A DNA stretch of 61,157 nucleotides from Hydrurus foetidus (Eukaryota), in the NCBI GenBank assembly GCA_900617105.1, contig UYFQ01000294.1:62001-123157 (forward strand), read 5' to 3'. The first letter of the stretch is position 1. Every line of letters starts with the position of its first letter. This document shows positions 1-18,925 of this stretch, in pieces. The notes under the pieces are model-generated. The model was not told the DNA's origin. It made no database searches and saw nothing but the letters and a program-made list of their open reading frames with translations. The position numbers and the translations under genes are program-made.

Positions 1-391
1 ATTAAATTCGCGACCCTCTCCTATCACTCATCCACGGTTGGGGGTTCGAATCAGGGCGCAGTTGTCAACGAGAAAACCTCTGGTGCGACCATTCAGAGGG
101 CCGAGTTATCCGACAGTCAATTATGCTAGGATCTATGGCATCATAGTCCATAATCGATCAGACATGCATCACATTGGAGAGCAGCATGGAGACTGGAAAA
201 TGTTCATTGATCAATAATTTCTGGTGATCGGAATTTGTATACGGTTTTAGAATGGGTAAAGTTGGTCCAGCGGGTCCTCCTTTGGAATTTTGAGTTTTGA
301 GTTCAAGGAGTTGAGTTGGAGCTGAGGATGTTGTGTTGCTAATTGATAATATCGAAAATCTCGATCTATTATCTGTTATTTTTTTGACAGC

Positions 392-994
392 ATGTCCCTC
401 ATTGCCTCTGTCCTGCGCACATCGATAGTTTTCTATCTCTGCCTCTCTACTTGCCAATCACTTTGCGTCAAATCATTTATCGACAAATCTCAATGCGGTC
501 GAGTATACTCACGCAGCTCCCGCTTATTCGAGAGCAAAAGTGAGAAGCTATCGACTATCGAGAAGTTGCGCAGCGCTTGCGACACCAGAAGCGTTCCATC
601 AGCCGAGATTATAGCTGCAATTAATGAAGTTGAATCTGCCTCATTCGATTTATCATGCACGGATATGAAAGGCTCGTGGGAGCTGATATTCTCCTCTCTG
701 ATTCCAGGTGGATATTTTCCTGTCTGCGAGGTATGCGATTTCTTCGGATACTCTTTGACATCTTCCTGGGGCCCGCTGCCCCTCGGAGGATTTAAAGGGA
801 GCTCAGCTGTAATATCTGAAACAAAACCAGCGACTATTGAATTTACGAGTGACTCATACTTGATTGGGAGCATCAAATTTGATTTGAAGGAGCCGAAGAA
901 GAGGAGCTACACATTTTTGTATACTGATGACAACTTCGCGGTTGCGAGATCTTCGTCCGGTGGTGGAACATTATTGAAAAAAGTTAAGGGGTAG
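392..994 (+). CDS. PAP/fibrillin-like (lipocalin-fold) protein, probably plastid-targeted
   Basis: Single-exon 200-aa ORF. Hydrophobic N-terminus then an S/R-rich stretch. Motifs 'IIAAINEVE', 'MKGSWELIFSS' and 'FLYTDDNFAVARSSGGG' match the PAP_fibrillin pattern (G-x-W-x-L...Y-x-D...R...G). Confidence 0.6.
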   Translation: MSLIASVLRTSIVFYLCLSTCQSLCVKSFIDKSQCGRVYSRSSRLFESKSEKLSTIEKLRSACDTRSVPSAEIIAAINEVESASFDLSCTDMKGSWELIFSSLIPGGYFPVCEVCDFFGYSLTSSWGPLPLGGFKGSSAVISETKPATIEFTSDSYLIGSIKFDLKEPKKRSYTFLYTDDNFAVARSSSGGGTLLKKVKG

Positions 995-1771
995 CTGGCA
1001 GGAACTGATGTGACGGTTGGTTCCAGCAATTACGTACCTCCTGATCACGGTGCATTTGCAACAGTTGCAGCAGATCCTTTGAGAATTTATGTGAGAGATT
1101 GCAGAGCCTAAGCAACGTAGTTGTACTGTTGAACAGAATGCGCTGGGAGGAGACAGACACTGACCTACACGTGTTGCAGCACTCAACTGTTCTTGACATT
1201 AGACAATGGCGGTGCTATACGCACAAGAGGTTTCTAAAGCACTCTTGAATCATTGCTCGAATGTGTCTCCGGGAGAGAGGTCAATTGACATTGCACGTAA
1301 TTGCTAGTGATGACGCTAGAGAAGGGGACCCGATAATCTGAGCATTGAGCCTAACAGGAGTCCGAATGGCTTTTACTTTACGCGCATATCACATGCAGAA
1401 AATTTGTCCTAGGATCAAGAATAATCAAGTCCTGATTCTTTTTTCCGATGATGACGAGGGAAGGATTTTTTCTGCATTCTCGCTGGACCTGGATAGAGCT
1501 GTCGATGCATGAAATATTCTTAATCGCTTGTTTACGGTCAACAGTCGTACATTTAGATGTAGATTAGTCTGATTTATTTTGGAGCCAACACCATATGAAG
1601 TATTACATTGAAGAGTCAGAACAACTTTTTTCGTTGTCATAACCTATCTTCGTGTTGCAAGAGAGGCAAACATTTTAATTTACTGATTCGATGAATGAGA
1701 AGTTTTTATAAGGAATTTAATCTGCACTGACCGGTAACTAAATTTCTCAAACATTTTTCTGCAACGACATA

Positions 1772-3458
1772 CTATCGTATCATTGTTTCAAATGCATCTG
1801 CTTTGCTTTCAGCTAAGCCCTGTAAAAGATTCGTCAGCAGTGTGCATCCGAAACCAACGATCGTGGAGTTAGAAGAATGCATTTGTAATGCATCGGTTAC
1901 CATTTGACACGTTTCCACAGTGCCCATGAATCTTCTATTCTTCTCGTTATCCTTCGTAAGTGCTATGAGCGCATCCAGTATTGCGCAGATGATAACAGAA
2001 TCATGTGTATGTGTAGAAAGCGCGACTAGTATAATCTCACAAATACCAGCATCTGCAAATCTATCAGTGCAATTCTTATTATTTGCCGTCAGAGTTCTCA
2101 CTGCTCCCAAACCTATCATGATCACGTTCTCATCAAATGGCATAGACTGTGACTTGATCATTGATACCAGTACTTCACACACTCCATGTTTACAAAATAT
2201 TTCTTTGTTTCTATCATTATCATCTGCAAGATGATGTATTGCGCCACATATGTAGGGAGTGATTTTGTTATTCTCAGAGTGCAACTTAATTGCTTCGCTG
2301 ACCACCTGGTAAATTGAATTATTTTCGACGTAATTTTGGTGAACTTGTATGCCGCATGATAATAGTAGCAGTTCAACATTGATGTGGAGATACATTCATT
2401 ATCGCGCAATCATCTGCATTTATCGGCCCGATAATTTGTAGACCAACGATTAGTGATGCTTTTTCAAATTTCCTTGTACCGTACTTACTTCGCACGCACC
2501 GAGGTCGCCAAGTATTTCCCGTTCATATTCTCTCCCTTCCGCGATATCCCAGATGGACTGTGAGTATATTTTATTCATAATGCGGCTAACGATCAAAACA
2601 CAAATTGTCAGAAGAATTAATCTATGGTTGGATCAGACGGCAGACTGCTGAGTATGCTGTCAGCGTACACGCATGTCGAGCAGTACTTCTATGAGCCCTT
2701 TGGAAACTGCTATCATTATCAACCAAATCGATTTTTATAACTTATACCGAGCTATCTCATATTGGGGGTCATCTTACCTCACATCCTTCTGCGACAACTT
2801 TAGGACTTTCGATGTGTACTAACACTGCTCCGATGAGGGCCTCGGCTGACCCTGCGGACAACAAGTATTCAAAGTTCCTTGAATCATATAGCCCCATAAT
2901 TCTGATGACATCGCAGCCCATGTGGATGACATCTTCACTTTCCTCTTGATCATGCAGAAAGTGCATTATTTCTAGGGCGATGAAACCCTCTGTAAGGCCA
3001 TGCTTCTCCAATATTTCTGCTAATAGCGGAATATAATCAGTCCTTACTACTTCTGCGTTCCAAATGTGATATGACAATGCCGCTACAATAACTTGACTTC
3101 GGCCACTGTCACCCAATCTCCTGATGTTCTCATTGTTTCCACTGTAACGGTCATTTTCATCAAAATGACACAATTGTTGTAAAATAGCAAATACTTTGTG
3201 GCAAGTGCTCGTTGGGGATGTTGTCTTGTTTATAATTTCCACAATGTTGCGGATGAAGTCACTTGCTGATCCAACTGCATTTTGCCGTTCCTGATGCTCT
3301 GAAGGACCACCAGCATTTAAATAAACGAGAATCAAATCGAGAATCTTGTCCTGACGATCCTCTGAAAGCGTGTTCCCAAGCTCTCTGATTATGTCAGGCA
3401 CGAGCGATTGCTCCGAACAGATAGACATAATCGAGTCTTTCGTTCCTACCGTTTCCAT
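1772..3458 (-). pseudogene. Armadillo-type repeat protein, fragmented (introns and/or decayed)
   Basis: ORFs 2769-3692 and 1772-2395 and the frame between them carry repeated helical units (NIRRLGDSG, LGDLGACEV, FCKHGVCEVLV, FADAGICEII, MGTVETCQMV). Stops and frameshifts could not be resolved into clean introns. Confidence 0.5.
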
Positions 3459-3878
3459 GATGGAATTAGTGGCGGCTCCCCATCGTTTCCTTCGGACTAT
3501 CGTGAGTGCAACAATTGACTCTTCTGCATTCTTCCAAGAAAAGTGATGACCAGTGTTGCTGGAATGAAAAATGACTAGTCGATTTTCATGCCATGAAATT
3601 TCTGCTGATCGGGATCCCGATCCCCCAGTCCGGAAATCAAGCCAGATACAACCGCGTGTTTGGTGTTGGTTCAAAGTCCACTGTCCACACACATATGAAT
3701 TGACATTTGTTGTCCTTGATGAAATTCATTGATTGAATCGTAAAAAATTGGCGACTCATCCATATTCAAATTTGAAGAGCCTTCCGAAGTGGAGAGTTTA
3801 ATATCCACTAACGAACTGACTCTCAAATTAGCTTTTTGATTAATAAGAGAAATAAATCACAACAATCTGAAATACCAT

Positions 3879-11150
<7,272 letters not shown>

Positions 11151-11984
11151 TCAGCGTTGTCCGAGCCTCTAATGCTGTTGGTGTTTCTGATTGTCTGGTA
11201 GCAGAAGGTGAGTCTGGTTGGCTGGTAGTGTTGTCGTTGTGTCGTCGTGTTGTTCCAAGAGAAGCACTGGGCACGTTCCAATGGAATGGGGAGTACGAAC
11301 ACTTCCTATCAGATGGGTGGATTCAGCAAAATTGATACAGTGAGGAATGGGAATGATTTTGATTTTGGTTTTGCTCATAAGTCATTATTTTGTGTGATTC
11401 AATTGTATTGATGGGCGGGGTTCTGAATAGAAAACCTTACGAAGATAAAAATATAGTATCGAAAGCTGGACAGAAGAAAATAATAGATTTGCCGTTAAAT
11501 CGATAATAAAATTTATTTATTTCACATTAACGATTCCTCAAAACATCTTAGTAATTGGCGTTAGAGAATATAATCCAGAGGGTTGTTACCACCTTTTGTA
11601 ACTGTTGATGTAAGAAGAACACCATATGAAACCAACTCTAGAGATTCTAACTTTTCCAAAAATGATCAGAAAAAGTATGTATTACACTCTTTTCTCAGTG
11701 ATCTTCTGTGATATTTTGAAATTTAAAAGAAAACGAGATATGCGTGAAAAGAAATGTTTTAAAAAAAAGCGGACAATATTGAAAATCTATATCTCCCTAG
11801 TACAATTCAAAATGGTGAGCAGAAAATTGGCGGCTACAACATTGAAGGAATACAAAATTTGCTACAGACGATAGTGAAAATAATCATGTAATACTTGATA
11901 GACCCAATCAAACATTAAATGAGTGAGCACTAGATGTTGGAGAGGTGGGAAATACACCCTATCAGCAATTTGAAACAATATAAA

Positions 11985-14900
11985 TCAATTGTGACGGCTC
12001 TTCATAAATATTTCAAGTCTCCTTTTGTCATACCCGGAAGTTCTTAAGTGCTGCGTAATCGAAAGTGTAGCATTGCGAGCAATATCGCCAGAGCAGATAA
12101 ATGGCGCAACGTTCCTATCAACATTTGCAGTAACATCAAGATCGCTTTTATTCCTACCAGTGCTACTGGCGACTGTAGTGTGATCTTTAATTCGATTAAA
12201 ATTAGCTTTCTCAATATATAACTGACTATCTGTTAGCCTTACTAGAGTATTATCGGCATTTACTCTGTCGCCTACAGAGGGCTTCCATTCTCCACAATTA
12301 TCATATTTTACACTACTAGTGCCCCTCATATGATCACATTTACGTCCAAAAGTTTTAATTTCAGGTAGTTTTATCGCTGCATATTCCGATCTATTTACGT
12401 GCATATCAGTACCAATGCAGAAAAGCACATTTTTTGTTTGATTATTAGACTGTAATGATTGAGAATCTGTGTATTCAGTACTCACAGGAGAGGTACTGTT
12501 GTTCACGCTTACATTCGTATTTGTATTTGTTAATGGCATTGGTAGGAAGGGATCTGACTCGAGTAAATAGTTTTCATTAGAAAAAGTGGTGATACTTTCA
12601 GTGTCTGAGTAATTCTCATTCTGATTGGTAGTTTCTTCTTTTGATTCTATCAGAATAGAAGTGAAATTTTTGTCACTTAAAATGGATCTTATGGAGTTAT
12701 TTTTATGCAACACTAATAACTGATTGTCATTACCAATTTTCAGTTTTTCATCATCAATAGCAATGAAGGCTTTTTTTTCCATCATTTTTTTCGCCATCAA
12801 AATATCCTCATTATTTCGTTTTATTTTTTCTTTTTCATCTAATATTACACCTGTGTAAGGTTTTATATTTTTTGCAGGGATGTTTTTATCTGTCCACCAT
12901 CCCCTGCTGTTCTGGATCATTAAATCCATAAAAATCTTTTTATTATTTAATTCAACCATCATTTTAATATTTAAAACCATCATTTTACCACGATAACGCC
13001 TGTACAAATTTTGAATCATTCGTACAGCGTACGATCGTTTTTGTAAATTTCTGATTCTTTCTCTTTTTAAGTATAAATCATCTAAATCTTCCGTTTCCCC
13101 CCTCTTCCTAACAGGACAAATTCTTTCCATTTCAATAAGTATTTTTTTCTTGTGGATAACACTTCCAACATCTAAGTTTCTGAAATCTTCATCATTTAAC
13201 TTTATCAGCATTTTTCCATCGACACCAAAATCGAAAAATGTTTTCACATAAATTTTCAAGCCTAGCCTACGCAGAAATAAACTGACCTAATAATAATGTG
13301 TATTGGAAAGAAATTAGAAATGAAAACTAATTTGAAGAAGAAAAAGTTAGAATTATGTGAAATCGTTTGACAATTTATAAATTGTGGCAATTTATCGGAT
13401 TGTTTTAAGTGGCGAACACAGTGAAAACAAATACAGAATCAGGTGCAACAAAGCCCAGAGAACAGATGTCGATTCAACGCATCTTCATATTACACATTCA
13501 AATGTACACACATCATTTGCATTCTTATACTCAACAGAATTCATACCGTGTCTACGGTCCAATTCGGTATGAAATCCAAATCCCATTCTTCCGATCCGAT
13601 TAATAATGGTTTCAACTCTGAAAAATGTTCGTTTGTAGATTTTGTGTAAAATCCGTATTCACCCCTAGAGGGATCCCAAGATTTCACGTACGTACTTCTG
13701 GTCAGCGATTTCAAAAACTTTTTCACCTGATACATAAAAATTGCAAAAAATATAAGAATTGTCAGAATTATATAAATCGTGAAATTGGGATATTTGGAGG
13801 ATGATTTCTGTGTTCTGTATTTTGTGAGTTGTCGTACTAAGTCATACTCGATAGAAGCATACAAAATAAAAAAGAATTGTACGAAAAAACTGACTTTCGG
13901 GTAGTTAGAATGATGGTATGAAGTAAAAATCACAGAGATATGGGAGGAAAAATGAATGATCTTACCAGTACACATCTCCATCTATTTTGAATTTTAATAG
14001 CCGAAATATCAATAGTGTATAACACGGAAATATCCTGTATTCCGTTGAAACCTTTTTTGCCGCATATAAGTGGTCTCTTCCAAGTTTGCTTTGATAACAA
14101 AATGGATTTGCCGTTAAAAGCGTAATAATATTTTCCACTTACTCTGTCGAATATTTTAGTATACTGTGTTTTAGTAAGTTTGACTAGTAAAATCCGAGCT
14201 GAAAACATTTTGTACACCCCTTGTATTTTTGTTGCTGCGAGATCCGTACAAATATTAGGTCGTAAATCCGTATATCTGAGACAATACGGTTTTCTCCATG
14301 ATGTCGTTCCATATACTGAATTATAGTAGTAGCAAAGAGGGTTTCTTTTGTTGTCACTCAGTGGTTCTTTTGAACTGTCTAGAAACCGTTTAAATTTGGT
14401 CCGACATTTAGCTTGAAGATTTCGTAAGTGTCCGTGGTAGCGTACAGCGAACGTACACAATTTAGCCGCCGAATCTTTCGAATGTTTAGAAATAACGGAT
14501 CCTAAAACCGTAGAAATGTGTAAGTTGTACGTGTAGTTACTGTAGTTGATTATTGAAGATATGTTTCTGACAGAATTAAATCTAGCATGTGCTATCACTA
14601 GAACTTCATACAAGATATTATGATAAGCAAATACATCAGTTCTTCAGTTATGACAAGCACAACACATGAAATATCGATAAATCGGTGAAGCACACATATG
14701 ATCGACACAGATGGCGTGTTTAATCCAAAAAGAGGTCTACGACTTGGAAGGGTTTTATAATAAATTTACGCAGTAACCGTATAAGTGTAAATTGATTAAA
14801 TGGCCGTATTCATAAGACTAAAGACTGGCAAATATTCCTATCATTCATGACCATCGAAATTAGAATAGGATATAAAATAAGATAAAATTTACTTTCAGAA

Positions 14901-16290
14901 GAAGAATTACTTGACGGGATGTTTGAGCTTTTTTGGTGTGAAGTTAAGTCGGCAAAGAACAACAAGCGGTGCCATTAGCAGCTGAGGAGTTCAGTGAGGA
15001 TCACGTGTAACCAATAACTTTCATAATAAATTTATACCAATTAATATACTGCGAAGCAGAAGTGTTCTTCAGTAACGAAGAACAATTCGGAAAATAATTC
15101 TCTATTCATTATTCATATTATATTGTGCATAACATCTACACGTACAGAAAGTTCAATCGCAATGATATATTGTTGTGGTAGCTAGCTGGTATATCTAAAA
15201 TCAGCGCAAAACATTGCAGAAAGAAAGCTCAACTTACTTCTATGACCGCTCCGTTTCTTCACATCGTGATTTCTATAGTCACAGGCCTCACAAAAAAAGT
15301 CAGCGCATTGGGGACAATTTACAGTTGCTTTCTCAAGAGTACAGAATGTGCACATTGTACCATGCTCGTATGAAACTCCATTAATCCACAGACAAATATC
15401 AATGACACTAGCCAATTTTAGATCTCGCGATAGCCTTATACTCTTGCGTGATACCGCCCTGACTTTTTCAACAACCGTTGTGTCGCAAGCGACTTCAGAT
15501 GCAACAGTTTCTGCTACCATGGTACCATCGGTAATTGCAGTCACGTCCTTCAGATTAGAAGCCGATTCTATCTGCTCTCTCTTCGTTTTCCTCTTTCCCC
15601 CATGATGGAGAACTTGCATGATTTAGCGTTCAGCAATATAATCCATCAAAGGACCTTTCTTGAATACCTTTCCGAGAGAATCGTCTTTGGTACTCCAGCT
15701 AATACTGCGCTGGGCTCAGTGTCACTGCTGTGTTTCTTGTGAAAAGAGTGAGGACGAAGATTCAGTTTTGTATACCGCACGTATGGTACCTTGTGTACAG
15801 ATGATGGATCTTGGATCCGATCAATGATGCCAACATTCGAATAGTGCTGAAATACTCTGCTTAGAGCGTTTAGTGTTTTTGCAAAAACACTCTGTTTGCG
15901 TTCATTCTTGAGTACAATCCATTGTTCCAAAGCTAGGGAGGTTTTAATCACTAGCACAAAAATGTCTTTGGTAACATCAGATCATATTCCAGACGAAAGC
16001 AACTCGAAGACCAGAGAATGGTGCGGAAATTGTACTGTAGGCAGCTGTACAGTATATGTACAAATGCGCATAAGCTGCAAATGCGAATAATTGAGCTCCA
16101 CTTCCAATCCAACGAGATAGTCTTTGATCCTTCGGTCTTAACCTCGCTCCACCGCCTGCCCATCACCCAAAAACGGATTCTCCCTATTGAAATAGATACG
16201 CTATATCGTACCATTTGTGTATTGTGGGATGCAAATGAATAATCCTCACCACAGTCTGAGCATACCGTAAAGCTAAAACGTTGCTGCGCA
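11985..16290 (-). CDS. Multi-exon protein with B-box zinc finger, WW-like, IQ and SAM domains (5' end not determined)
   Basis: B-box CTFC...CPQCADFFCEACDYRNH...H (15182-15619). WW-like YYYNSVYGTTSWRKP and IFDRVSGKYYY...WKRP. IQ motifs AATKIQGVYK, SAIKIQNRWR, AVRMIQNLYRRYRG. SAM WTVDTV/SLFLRRLGLKIYVKTFFDFGVDGKMLIKLNDEDFRNLDV...HKKKIL. Confidence 0.75.
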
Positions 16291-16814
16291 GCTTAATGAT
16301 GCTACAAAATATGATGTGCACGAATTGATAATAATGTGAAACTACTCATGCGAATCAGCCCATCTTGCGACAATGATATCAAGATATCAGATTGAACTCC
16401 GATTTATAAGTGGACTTAGTGCATATCGGAATAAAAGCTGTTGAGACTGAGACTAGGACAAGTCTGAGTCCACAGAACAGTGAAAGACGTCATTTCTACC
16501 TGTTCAGTCTCCATATTCTCATTTACATATTAGATCATAGGTCCTTACTTTTACCAACTTTTAAAATTGACTGCTTCATTCAAATCTGGGAAGTGAACGA
16601 TTGATGGGTCACATGAAAATTGAAAATGCTCACTCCAGATGAGGATGGAAGACCCGACCCAACCCGGCCCAACGTCCCAACCCCGACCGACCCGCTGTCC
16701 GCAGGAAATGATGGCACAACATCCACTTTTGACTTTTGATCTGCTGGACTGCCACAGCCACAATTGATGTCCTCCGTGTTCCGTGTTCTATTCGAGAAAT
16801 GGAGGCGCTGACTT

Positions 16815-18599
16815 ATGTCTCTTTGGGCAATGCAGCAGAGGTTGTGTAGTTGGTGGCTCCCTTCATTGTTTTGCTTCCTCTCTGCCACAAGCCTTGCGTA
16901 CCGCCATCCTTTCTTTATCGGCACTAAGAGCTACACAAGGCCGTCAGTCATGAGGGTTTCGAGAACTGACGCATCACGTGAACCGCTGAGGATTGTAGAA
17001 TTTTTCAGTGGGATCGGAGGCTGGGCTAGCGCTTTCAAATCACTTGTGGATTTGGAATATGATGTTGTTGCCGCGTACGATGTGAATATGATCTCAAATG
17101 AGGTTTACGAGCATGTCTATGGCAGTCGGCCTTCTTCGACATCCATAGAATCGCTTTCATTGAAAGGCCTGGAATCACTGGCAGCTGATGTGTGGGTAAG
17201 AAACAGACTCGCGAGCGCTTTTGTATGCACATCTTACCTGACAAATGAGCACTATGAATTACAGGTTATGAGTCCACCATGTCAGCCATTTACGAGACAG
17301 CATCCTGCAACAGAGAAGGATCCCAGAAGCAATGCGTTAATGCACTTAATAAGAACAGTCGCAAAGATGAAAAATCTCCCCAAGTATTTGGCTTTGGAGA
17401 ACGTCATTGGATTTGAGGAGTCTCACACCTGCAGCACACTGTTGGACACGTTAGAGTCAATTGGCTACAACTGCATGCAATTTGCCCTCTCTCCGACTCA
17501 ATTTGGGGTTCCTAATGAAAGGCCTAGATACTATTTATTGGCTGTACTAAATGGAACCTTCCCAGACTGCGTATCATCCTCTGCTGCAAATACTGTAAAT
17601 TCTGCTGCCAGAAGTGGAGCACAATCAGAAGAACAAAATCATTCTAGCAATGTGGTGACGGGATCTGCGCTAACTTCCAGTTCAGTTGTCAATAATACTG
17701 ATAAAGACAGTCGCTATGTACGTACGTTTATCCCTGGAATTGAGAATATCAAGCCTAAGCAATTATTGAACTATCTGTCCGATGTACTGAGTCTCCCAGA
17801 AATAGAAAACCTTCTGCTCTCTGAGCAGTCATTACAAAAAAACGCGAGTTGGTGCCTCGATATAGTGATCTCCAACGACACTTATACTTCGTGTTTCACA
17901 AAATCGTATTCGAAATATTTTAAGGGGACAGGTTCCGTACTTTTGATCCCGGATCCTCATAATACTATATCCGACATTAAAGAGTTATGTGCACCACACG
18001 GATCTGTCGATATTGCAAAATCTGTAATACCATCAGATAGTAGGATTGAACCAGGTCTGGAATTTGGTTCGTTTCCTGGTCCAGGATCCACCCTAGAATC
18101 CCCTTTGGGGCAAGAAATAGAGAATGGCGTGAATGATCCAATAGAATCCTCACATTCTGTTTCTGTTACACAGGATGCCACGTCAGCTGATTTTCGGGAA
18201 GCCCCAGAAACAAGAGTTTTCGACATGAATTGGAAAGATAAATTAAAAGGAAAAAAACTTCGTTTTTTTTCTCCCAATGAATTACTTCGACTTTTTGGAT
18301 TTCTTCCTTTACAAACAAATTTTATTCCTGCTAGACCAAATCTTAAAAGAAGAATAGAAGCAATTGGAAAAGAAGAAGGAAAAGAAATAGGAACGGAGGT
18401 AGAGAGTAAAGATGATCAACTAGATGAAAATAGTGAACAATTTATTGAGCAGAAAACGTTCTTTCCTTCCAATGTAACAAATCGTAAATGTTATGAATTG
18501 ATAGGAAATAGTTTAAGTGTAACAGTTGTATCACATTTATTGGAGTATATGTTAAGGAGCAAACCACATCCTTCTAGTGAAGATAAACCAATGATTTAA
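16815..18599 (+). CDS. TRDMT1: Dnmt2/TRDMT1 tRNA (cytosine-5) methyltransferase; 69-nt in-frame intron at 17196-17264
   Basis: Motif I EFFSGIGG, IV MSPPCQPFTRQ, VI LENVIGF, VIII PTQFGVPNERPRYY, the Dnmt2-diagnostic CFTKSY, LRFFSPNELLRLFGF and X YELIGNSLSVTVV. Removing GTAAG...TACAG restores ADVW-VMSPPCQ. Confidence 0.92.
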   Translation: MSLWAMQQRLCSWWLPSLFCFLSATSLAYRHPFFIGTKSYTRPSVMRVSRTDASREPLRIVEFFSGIGGWASAFKSLVDLEYDVVAAYDVNMISNEVYEHVYGSRPSSTSIESLSLKGLESLAADVWVRNRLASAFVCTSYLTNEHYELQVMSPPCQPFTRQHPATEKDPRSNALMHLIRTVAKMKNLPKYLALENVIGFEESHTCSTLLDTLESIGYNCMQFALSPTQFGVPNERPRYYLLAVLNGTFPDCVSSSAANTVNSAARSGAQSEEQNHSSNVVTGSALTSSSVVNNTDKDSRYVRTFIPGIENIKPKQLLNYLSDVLSLPEIENLLLSEQSLQKNASWCLDIVISNDTYTSCFTKSYSKYFKGTGSVLLIPDPHNTISDIKELCAPHGSVDIAKSVIPSDSRIEPGLEFGSFPGPGSTLESPLGQEIENGVNDPIESSHSVSVTQDATSADFREAPETRVFDMNWKDKLKGKKLRFFSPNELLRLFGFLPLQTNFIPARPNLKRRIEAIGKEEGKEIGTEVESKDDQLDENSEQFIEQKTFFPSNVTNRKCYELIGNSLSVTVVSHLLEYMLRSKPHPSSEDKPMI

Positions 18600-18925
18600 A
18601 TTTATTTGATTCGATCTCACGAGAGATAAAACCTCTTCAATTAAATCTGCTCAATTTAAAACGACTTTCATCGCATCTAATCTTTTCTCAAAAATTTTGC
18701 GCATTCCTTGCAAAATTGAAATGCATGTAAAAAAGATAACACATTGGATATCGTGACAGTGACACAAATCTTGGCCTGTAACCAGCTTTTGTATTCTGTA
18801 TCCGTAATGTATACTGAAAAATTAATCTATTCTGTATTCTGTCAGCGAAATATTTCAATTCAGTTTTGCGGATGATGCAACTCTTCGATTCAATTAGATC
18901 TAGTTGCACGTTGCAACTGAAGGAA

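Noticed and set aside
38..56. GGTTCGAATC tRNA T-loop/B-box-like motif
   Set aside because: No T-stem, acceptor stem or cloverleaf can be built around it.
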